Below, one piece after another: positions 48,001 to 56,092 of a stretch of 64,000 nt of DNA. Every line of letters starts with the position of its first letter. The first letter of the stretch is position 1. Both the position numbers and the translations under genes were made by a program. The stretch comes from Flectonema sp. DT1601 (taxonomy: Eukaryota). Where the stretch lies: NCBI GenBank assembly GCA_964019425.1, contig OZ025781.1, positions 1,488,001 to 1,552,000 of the forward strand, given 5' to 3'. A model generated the notes under the pieces. The model was given only the letters and a program-made list of their open reading frames with translations. It was not told the DNA's origin and searched no databases.

Positions 48001-50475
48001 GTTGCGATATCTTTCACAGATATTCAAAATAGTACAGTCCTTTGGGAGAATTGCAAAGAAATGAAACAAGTTGTGCAACTCCACCACAAACTCATGCGAG
48101 ACGGTATTCGCGAGTACAACGGTTACGAAGTAAAAACCGAAGGAGATGCTTTCATGGTAGCATTTCATTCAACACAAGATGGGATTGCCTGGTGTTTACA
48201 TATGCAAGTATTACTTTTAAAGGCAAAGTGGATGCCGTCTCTCCTCGAAATGAACGATGCTAAACCTGAAAAATCACCCGCTTCTCAAACCCAGATTTGG
48301 TGTGGCCCGAGAGTCAGAATGGGACTCCACGTTGGAGGAGAACCTGAGCTGGGTTGCGAAACAGATATTTGCACAGGTCGTATGGACTACTACGGAAAGA
48401 TGGTTAACAAAGCAGCTCGTGTCTCAGGTCTCGGAAAGGGAGGAGAAATTGTCATTTCTCAAGATTGCTACACAGACCTAATGAAGTTACCGGAAGCAGA
48501 ACGCAAAAAGATTGGAAAAGTCGGATACGAATCAGTCTGTTTAGGAGAGAAACAACTAAAGGGAATTGATAAAGCTGTCTTAGTTCATTCATTAGTACCA
48601 ACTGGTCTTTCAGAAAGACGTAAAACATGGAAATCAATGGATGCTCAGAAAGCTGTTGCCCAACCAACAGAACCACCTGATTGGTGGGAAGAATACGAAA
48701 AAGAAAGACTTCGACACGAAATGGAACAGAAGAGTGCTCCTACTGGGATGTGCACATTTGTGTTTACAGACGTACAAGGGTCAACAAAACTTTGGGATTC
48801 ATGTAGTAAGTCTATGGCTGATGCTGTTAGAATACACCACGAACTAATGCGTACTTGGATAAAGAAGATGAGTGGATACGAAGTTAAAACAGAAGGTGAT
48901 GCCTTCATGGTGACATTTCACAATGCTACTGACGCAGTGAAATGGTGCATTGCAACACAATTAGAATTAGCAAGAGCTGCATGGCCAGCAGAGATCACTG
49001 CACAAGACTTATGCAAAACGGAATACGATGAAGATGATCAGGTGATTTGGAATGGATTAAGAGTTAGAATGGGAATACATTGCGGTGAAGTTGATCACGT
49101 CGTTGATGAAACAACAAAACGAATTGACTACTACGGCCCAACAGTAAACTTTGCTGCTCGTGTAGGAGGACTTGGTATCGGTGGTGAAATAGTGTGCTCT
49201 AGTGAAGTATTAGAAGCAATCCCAAAGATGACAACAGCTGGTAATCCAATAGTTCAATATTTAGGTCCTCGTCAGTTAAAAGGAATCTCTCAAGAAGCAT
49301 ACATTTATCGAATTATACCAACAGATTTAACTGGTAGAGAATACCCTGCTCTACCACCACCTGCTCCACCGTCATCAGGTGGTAAAGATGCAAAGAGAAA
49401 AATCAGCAGATCTGGTTCTGTTGCTGCGAGTGAACTCAGCAACCAAGATGATGATTATGAAAATGATAATCAGCGAAGGACGTCAAAAACTGCTGGTCAC
49501 ACCAGCATGAAAAACATAAAGAAAGCAATGGACAAAATACGTGATGAGCGAGACAAAATAAAAGACGAACGAAACACTCTCAGAGGGGAACTCACTAAAA
49601 TAAGAGATGAAAAGAACCATGCTGAACAAGAACGTAGTTTTGAAGTCTGGAGACTACATCGACATGTTAGAGAATACATGAAATTAATTAAAAGATATGT
49701 CGAATGTTCTTTAGATAGGACGAAAGGTGTTTTCTCACAAACTGATATGATGCATGAATGGATTAGAACTCACAGGCAGATCATGAGTGAGGAATCTCCA
49801 GTCGAAACCTTCAGACCAGACCACCGAAAACGAGAAGAAAAGAAAGTTCGCGCTGACGTAGAACTTAAAACCCAACTAGGGCTTGCTATTGAAACCGAAC
49901 GAGAAGAAGGTGCCCACGTCGAGTTGGACCAACGCAATGGCCAATGGACCATTGCCACCAGCAAACTCAGTAGATCAGTTGTGGGTCACTTGAGTAAGCA
50001 ATTTGTTTATTTAGCAAAATACTTTGAGGGTGTTAAGAAGAAGGGAAAGAAGAGATCTGAACAACAAGACGCACCTTACCAAACTGAAGACAGTGCTGCA
50101 GGAAGGAGGTCTAGAATTATGGCGAGATCAAGTTTACCTCCACAACCTCCTCCACAACATCAAAAGAGAAGGAGGAATGGAAGGAATGACTCTGATAATA
50201 AAGAGGAAAACACTGCTGCAGCGGCAGCTGCCGCAGCAGCGCAAGCTTCACCTGCACAAAGTACTCCTCCAAGTACTCAGGCAACACTTCCTTCTCCTGC
50301 TCCAGCAGATCCAGTGAGTGCAGTTCTTGGTGACACGGATTACTTTATGGATACTCGTCGTAAATCAGTTAGTGTCCCTCGCCATCCAAATAGCGCAGGT
50401 AAGGCTGCTCGTCGTTTTAATAGAAGTTCTCGAAAATCAGTTGCCTCTATCAACCAGCCTTCCCTTGGATTGTGA
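45052..50475 (+). CDS. soluble multi-domain class III adenylate cyclase (five tandem cyclase domains, second one degenerate) flanked by coiled coils
   Basis: Four copies of FTD(I/V)QxST...GYEVKT(E/Q)GDxFMV...RVRMG(L/F/I)H...DY(Y/F)GxxVNxxARV near 45955, 47293, 48001 and 48751, plus a degenerate copy near 46627. No transmembrane segment seen. Confidence 0.93.
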   Translation: MSHSPITPTSNNDERFAMVPYGGLPIVGAKPKLPGGGLMGSEHSTFAGGFHETGSGMAHRKYRIGLPPSITEPLSEKLLADVEAAQSESEKRQFKEYQKLRTTVLSLQSQVRTVLDLFAEEPAVEATHPDIIGQRTEVSIQHKLEKLHELVSESMEESRLKANQVDVLKADNDDLQQATSDYQARIKYLEEQNDSLRHELQQTTLQLNDTKSQHLQTISDCTALADKVDQLTRLNEIIQRRHERQRQSLPDKDHGSQIREGSASTGGQPIAKRQLGDMHRLQDTMRRHLGDTGNSNGPQGKVALVFTDIQGSTSLWEALEDRMHSELEKHNKVIRAEIHAWNGYEVKTQGDSFMVAFNDVTKAVCFCMQVQLRLMGCKWDPLLHDLPDAKRRTTRKNGKDIFIWNGLRVRMGLHVGSPICQIDVTSGRMDYFGPVVNQSARVQGIALGGMVSLTQEVKAAIDFSQIPKTLTPRFEDIGVFSLKGISEPIPLQQILPEVLSPRLEDFAPLKTKDKDEDTSNAPVGQVCIVFLRIDSAQLIQDYSEEIWLSVLHIFQNEVRLTSEVVGGYISNVDKDRTTVAFQHTGVAFRWAMELQESLMNLPWNPQLHDIQCCKTVNYGNQDVIKGPRVQVGMHVCTCEHYYDPVTKNMNYVGPSLAVAAALSLEARGAETVVSDAVYEEVSATSKDIFVLAKKDVVVDNESPFDAYFCFPKSLHGRATYLTGVDISNERTPDEVLLHKVTDAPFGRVCIAFTDVQNSTVLWEQNELAMAEAVKMHHSAMRAGIQRFKGYEVKTEGDAFMVAFRETKDAMRWCLFMQESLLTLDYSADFLTLPDAKPMPKGRPLWRGLRVRMGFHVGRPHCEIDPVTSRMDYYGKMVNKAARVSGTAQGGQIVMSDEAFQDISSSLLELGQPTITDGGSVQLKGIALAAKIHFAVPKRLRARTFKESQLAVSTAKPTMLEKMTHELETKDTQGTKLVRAPTGTVAISFTDIQNSTVLWENCKEMKQVVQLHHKLMRDGIREYNGYEVKTEGDAFMVAFHSTQDGIAWCLHMQVLLLKAKWMPSLLEMNDAKPEKSPASQTQIWCGPRVRMGLHVGGEPELGCETDICTGRMDYYGKMVNKAARVSGLGKGGEIVISQDCYTDLMKLPEAERKKIGKVGYESVCLGEKQLKGIDKAVLVHSLVPTGLSERRKTWKSMDAQKAVAQPTEPPDWWEEYEKERLRHEMEQKSAPTGMCTFVFTDVQGSTKLWDSCSKSMADAVRIHHELMRTWIKKMSGYEVKTEGDAFMVTFHNATDAVKWCIATQLELARAAWPAEITAQDLCKTEYDEDDQVIWNGLRVRMGIHCGEVDHVVDETTKRIDYYGPTVNFAARVGGLGIGGEIVCSSEVLEAIPKMTTAGNPIVQYLGPRQLKGISQEAYIYRIIPTDLTGREYPALPPPAPPSSGGKDAKRKISRSGSVAASELSNQDDDYENDNQRRTSKTAGHTSMKNIKKAMDKIRDERDKIKDERNTLRGELTKIRDEKNHAEQERSFEVWRLHRHVREYMKLIKRYVECSLDRTKGVFSQTDMMHEWIRTHRQIMSEESPVETFRPDHRKREEKKVRADVELKTQLGLAIETEREEGAHVELDQRNGQWTIATSKLSRSVVGHLSKQFVYLAKYFEGVKKKGKKRSEQQDAPYQTEDSAAGRRSRIMARSSLPPQPPPQHQKRRRNGRNDSDNKEENTAAAAAAAAAQASPAQSTPPSTQATLPSPAPADPVSAVLGDTDYFMDTRRKSVSVPRHPNSAGKAARRFNRSSRKSVASINQPSLGL

Positions 50476-50777
50476 GACTACTATCTCTGTATACTTTTGA
50501 GGCGCGCGTTTTACACAAGCGTCTCTTTCCAATGAATCTATTCTTTTCCCCTGCCAGTTGCGTATTTCGTTTATTTCTTTCAACTTCATCTCTCTTAGCG
50601 GAATAGTTCTTGAGAACTCCCTGAGTGTTTTCTTTATTTTTACTCAAGGTCTCATCAACGAAAAGGAATCGGCTACAATGTGTTTGTTATTTCGTATGGG
50701 ATAACGTCACACCATGGCAATATAAGGTGGCAGGCTTTAATCTGAGAACCTTTTCGGTGAACCATTTATTGGAAAAA

Positions 50778-50859
50778 GATTTTAGGTAAAGTACACTTGT
50801 ATGGTGAACTATGCCTGGATAGGATGAAACCGGGGGAAACTCTGGTGGGGGTCCGTTGC
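50778..50859 (+). pseudogene. isolated large-subunit (28S-type) rRNA fragment
   Basis: atggtgaactatgcctggataggatgaaaccgggggaaactctggtgggggtccgttgc (50801-50859) matches the conserved eukaryotic LSU segment ATGGTGAACTATGCCTG...GAAACTCTGGTGGAGG. No surrounding rDNA unit. Confidence 0.75.
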
Positions 50860-52407
50860 CTTAGTACAAATATTATTACCATCTGTCGGATCTGTGAGGG
50901 ATGGTTGATTAGCTAATATTTCAATTTCAATTTTTTTTTTTTTTTTTTTTGTTTTTTTTGCAACTGTATGCGAAGTTCTTATTTTTAATAATAAAAAAAA
51001 AAAAACGAAGAAGGAGATTACGAGATTCTGTCAAACTCACTCACAGAATTAGCTCTTCCAATTCATGTGACTCTCGCTGAAATAGCGAAGTGTTCCGTTA
51101 TGACGTTAGTTAGTAGTGGTAGTTATGATCTGGTGACACCAGTCGCAACAGATGACTATGGTATCTTACTATTAGCAAATTAATATAGTCCTGAGATGAT
51201 TCGTCAGGCTGCAGGGACCAATTGTAGAGCTTTCTTTTATTTTATTTTATTTTGTACTTTTTGTTATAGAGTTTATTGAGACCAACCTGGAAAGGTAATC
51301 TCGCGCGCCGGTTACAATCAAGTTTAGTTATTTATGTTTGCCTTGTAGTTGCTGCGTGCGTGAGATAGCTTTTTGTCCTCCTCTTTTTATTTATTTTATT
51401 TTCTTATCTGCATACAATATTAGTTAGTAGCCAACACGGTGATTTCTCACGTGAAACGCCGACAGTCATCCATCAAGTTAGTATTTTTCATTTTTTTTGA
51501 AAAAAACTTGTTTTGATTTGAAGTCACTTTCCCTCGTGAATGGTTGCTTTTTTATTACCCTTCCCACGTAGACAGCAGCGTTTGTTTATTTGCAACACTG
51601 TTGCGAAAAAAAAATAAAAAGAAACTGTTATTGTTTCCCCTTTCCCATCTTTTTTTTCTTTTTTAATCCTTTAAGTCTACTGCTACAGATATTACAGATC
51701 GATGTTATTAATTTATGACTCCGGGACAGAGGATGTTTCTTTGCACTTTCAATTCTTGTTATTATTCTTTTTGTTTTGTTTTCTTAGTATTTTTTGCATG
51801 TTTATTGTATTCTTTTTGTTTGAGGAGAAATCACTGCTAGTTCTTGTCTTAGTTTTCCTTAGTACTTGCTGCTGTTGTCCAGTTGTCGGAAATGCGATAA
51901 GCTTTACTATGGAATCATTGATTTCTCTGTACCACTCTTTCATACTATCATATTTTGGCTTGTTAAAGAACAGTCCTTTCCCTGGTTACTTTTACAGCTT
52001 CGTTTTACGTTTTTTCTTGTTGTTTTGCAGGAATTTTCAAGAGCCAAACATCCTTTTGGTTGTGTTTTTTCTTCGTTCTCTTTTTTTTTTTTTTTTTTTC
52101 AAGGTTGCAAAAAAAAAGAAGGGGAAAAAAAAAAAAAAAAACTTCTTATGTTGTCAGCCAACTGACTTCAATCACGAAAGTCTGTTATTTATTTTTTTTT
52201 TCAAATTTCTCTCCCAATCCCCCGTCTGTTGTTAGTTTTGTGCTGTGAAATTCTGAAGGATGCAATGTTTGATATGAATCACAAATATTCTTTTTAACTA
52301 AAATCTACATCACTATAACATGGTTGGTATGATAACGTGGGTTGTTGGAGACGAAGGTGGGTTGTTTTACTATTTTATTTCTCAACTCAGCACACGTCGT
52401 ACTCACA

Positions 52408-52545
52408 ATGTCTGACGAAAACCCTGGACCTGTAGCACCTGGAATGCTTGTTGCTACATCGGGAAAATCGGGTTACGGGTTGAAGCCCCCTGTTCAGAAG
52501 CCGATCCCTCCACCTCCACCACCACCCCCTGGTAACTCAAGTTAA
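52408..52545 (+). CDS. putative 45-aa proline-rich microprotein
   Basis: MSDENPGPVAPGMLVATSGKSGYGLKPPVQKPIPPPPPPPPGNSS*; a higher-GC island preceded by a pyrimidine-rich acceptor ending at AG 52389-52390. Confidence 0.5.
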   Translation: MSDENPGPVAPGMLVATSGKSGYGLKPPVQKPIPPPPPPPPGNSS

Positions 52546-52760
52546 GATAGCGTCCGTCAATATCTTGATTAGGCTTTACTTGTGTGGTTATACTGATTGG
52601 TCTGAATGCCATAAACAAAAAGAAAAAAACATTTCACTATCCCGTTGTGGCTTTTCATCGCTTCGTGATCTTCATAAATAATTTGAGGAGTTGAGAGGAG
52701 TTGTATTTTTTTTTAAAGTAAAAAATTAGATTTCGGTATTTCCCACATCAGAAATAACTA

Positions 52761-53774
52761 ATGACGGGAAAGATACTATGTGTGGGGACATGTTGTGTTG
52801 ACTACGTTGCAACGTTTACCGAGTTCCCACAACCAGATACAAAAAGTAACGCGACTGACACAGAGGTGTCATGTGGTGGAAACTCAGCGAACATCGCGTG
52901 GACGCTGGCGCGGATGGGGAGAAATGTACAATTTGTTTCTGTAATATACAACGATTCTCATGGGAAATTAATAGAAGAAGACATGAAAAATAACAACGTC
53001 GATATCTCCACTCTCCTTCACGTTGATGGAAGAACTCCTGTTTCATATATTGTAGTAGACAGTAGAACGGCTTCAAGAACTATTCTCCACAGTCCTGCTT
53101 CAGTCAATCCATCGTCGTATGAGATTCCCACAGACAACCTTCCGTCTTCCCTCCCTTTAATTATCTTCTTAGACGGAAGGCATTATAAATTAGGATTAAA
53201 TATTTGCTTATTTTACAAAGAGAAATACCCAAAAGAAGATCTCCCAATCATTCTTGACTGCGAGAGACATAACAGAGAAGGATTGACTGATCTCTGGAAG
53301 TTAGCAACGATTACAGTGACAACTGTTGAGTTTATGAAAAAACGATACGAAACGGAAGAGTTAATAGTAGCTGTACAACAGTGTTTAAACAGCGATACCC
53401 CCCCAGTGAGAAAAGCACTCATTGTTACACAAGGTAGTTCTGGTAGCCTCTTGTTTGATATTGGTGCTGAAAGTGATATTTCTTTCACCGATTTTGAATC
53501 TCTAAAACCCCGTGTCCCTGTCAAGTTCAATTCCGCTACTCTGACTCTCATCCCAGCTGTTTCCCCGCCTTCTGACACCCCAATTGTTGACACAACTGGA
53601 GCTGGAGACGCTTATCAAAGTGGTCTTATTTATAAATTATCTGCTGGTGCATCTCTTGCAGAAGCGGCAACCTTTGGGAGTCACATTGCAACCTTGAACT
53701 GCTTAGGTAAAGGAGCTAGGTGTGTACCCAACAAAGAAGAATTAATAGTCATGGGTGTATTAGATGAGGAGTGA
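52761..53774 (+). CDS. PfkB-family carbohydrate kinase (ribokinase/ketohexokinase-like)
   Basis: ILCVGTCCVD, GGNSANIA, DTTGAGDAY signature. Confidence 0.92.
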   Translation: MTGKILCVGTCCVDYVATFTEFPQPDTKSNATDTEVSCGGNSANIAWTLARMGRNVQFVSVIYNDSHGKLIEEDMKNNNVDISTLLHVDGRTPVSYIVVDSRTASRTILHSPASVNPSSYEIPTDNLPSSLPLIIFLDGRHYKLGLNICLFYKEKYPKEDLPIILDCERHNREGLTDLWKLATITVTTVEFMKKRYETEELIVAVQQCLNSDTPPVRKALIVTQGSSGSLLFDIGAESDISFTDFESLKPRVPVKFNSATLTLIPAVSPPSDTPIVDTTGAGDAYQSGLIYKLSAGASLAEAATFGSHIATLNCLGKGARCVPNKEELIVMGVLDEE

Positions 53775-53940
53775 TAAACACTTGTTAATTACGTTACTCG
53801 AACATCTTAACAACATATTGTTAAAGTGTTCTTATTTACGTTACGATTGAGTGAGAGTAAGCCATGATGGATAAAGTTGTTTAATGGTTTTCTATAGCTT
53901 TTTTAAAAGAAATTATTTATTTTATAAACAGCCGGGCAAT

Positions 53941-55754
53941 ATGTCGAGTCTGAGGAAGCGACAGGGAGAATCATCGAAGTTTAATGGACAAGTCAAGTCT
54001 TCGATGATAAGCGCCGTCACTGTCGAACAGAGATGGCATTGGAGTGGTAAGGCTAACCAAGGAATATGGGAAATTGATTACCAACAAGAACAAGGTAAGC
54101 TACTGACTGCTGGTGACGATGGCCGTGCAATGATCTGGGAAGTCGTAACATCCGAAGAAGGCAAACTCGACTTTGAATACTCATCGTGTCTAGCTAAAGC
54201 TACTATTTCGAATGGTTGTAATACTGCAAAATGGTCTCCAACTGGATCATTAATAGCGACAGGTTATGATAATGGAATCGTCTTTATTTGGAGAAGAACA
54301 AAACATCCGACAACACTATCTCATGGTGACAGCAGCTACAATAAGGAACACTGGACAACTTTTAAGGTATTGAAACTACCAGTCCCATCTGACGTTTCAG
54401 TCGTGCAATGGTCTCCCGACCAACAAACGATAGCAGCTGTCACTGCTGGCGGACCAACACTAATCTGGTCAATAGCTGAAGGAACTATTTGTAAACAAGT
54501 TCTACAAGATCATCAGTACAGAGCTTGTGGACTAGCTATTGATCCGTTTTCTACTCATATGTGTACTGCAGGTGATGATCAAAAAATCTGCTTCTATAGC
54601 AGAGATAATTCACAAACATCATCACCCTTCAAAACACTAAAAGTAATGGGATCTGATTTCGCTAAAGGTTTAGTTGATCAGGATAAGTTTAGAGGGTTGG
54701 TTAGACGTCCTATTTGGTCACCAGATGGTCTTTTCTTATTAGTACCATCAGCATACCAGTCAGTTAAGAAAACTTTATTGGAACAAACTATGCAAAGTTC
54801 TGGAAGAACGACCATTAAAAAAAAACGAAAGAAGAGTCTCATCGATCTCGAAGATGACAACGAGGACCCTCAAGAAGACTACGCAGAATTGCACGGATGT
54901 TTAGTTTTCTTAAGAGAGAAATATGACAAAGCCTCAGCCTTTATACCCTCACCACAAGGATTTACCCCTATATGTGCTGGTTGGGGAAGGAATCTTTACG
55001 AACCAATTAAACCTTGCTCTTCATCATCAGAGATATTTGGATCATCTATTTATCGAATGGTATACGCGATAGGTGCTCGCTGTCGTATAACTAAAGTAAA
55101 CAGTGTTTTCATTTACGACACAGCTCACATTAATCCTCTTATCGTTGTTAACAATGTTCATCAAATGCCTCTAACTGGACTCTTATTCTGTCGTAATGAT
55201 GAAGCGATACTAACATCATCGAGAGATGGTTACGTAAGTGTTCTTCAACTTAACTCAGAGCTACTGGGAAGTACTATTAATGAAAGTAAAGGCAACGAGG
55301 TACGTAGTTTTAATATTTTAAACAAACCACTGATGACGACTACACATAATAAACAATTTAAACACAGGAAGCGAAAGACCTGCTGTCGAAGTTGGATGAA
55401 ATGAAAAAGACACTCTCTGAGCAGGTATGTGAGTGTGATGAATATCTTTGAAGTTAACTTATTGAAAACTATCGTAACATTCTAAAACAGGCAACTCGAG
55501 TAGATGATCAACTGAAGGATCAAATACGTGCAATTCAACAGCGAAGCCGAGAAAAGCGAAAATTGATTTCGGATGATGCACAACCGACTGTTAATGTGAT
55601 GCAAATAAAGAAGAAAATCACACCTGGTGTTGGTGATTCTGTTGAACAAGTAAAGGCTGAGGAACCTGCCAGTACCTCTGCTGTCACTACTGACCCAAAT
55701 GTTAATGTTTTGGTTAAGAAAAAGAAACGTATTACTCCAATAACTGTTTCTTGA
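53941..55754 (+). CDS. CHAF1B: chromatin assembly factor 1 subunit B (Cac2/p60)-like WD40 protein; exons 53941-55299, 55368-55424, 55491-55754
   Basis: WD40 repeats, KEHW, RRPIWSPDGLFLLVP, YRMVYAIG, SSRDGY. Spliced C-terminus carries B-domain-like KKKITP and KKRITP motifs. Confidence 0.82.
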
Positions 55755-56092
55755 TATCAACCTGACTACTTAGAAACACAATCACTAAATAAAGGTTCTT
55801 GTATCGATACTGCCTTTTGATATCTGCACTATAATAGTAAAGTAATCTTGTCTTTGTCAGGGCGGGAATCTTTCTCTTGTGCGTCTTCGTTAAGACGTTG
55901 AATGTTATCTCTTATCTTTATTGGGCTGTTTTTAGTCCAATTTTCTTAGATTTTCAAAAGAAAAATAGCAGCAATAGTCACATTTGATAAAACACCTTTT
56001 TTAACAGGATACTAAACCCAGCGGACATTGAACGTACTTGCAGTTTCGCCCTCAGTTTTTATAATATACTTTTTCAGGAAATAGTAAGTTAT

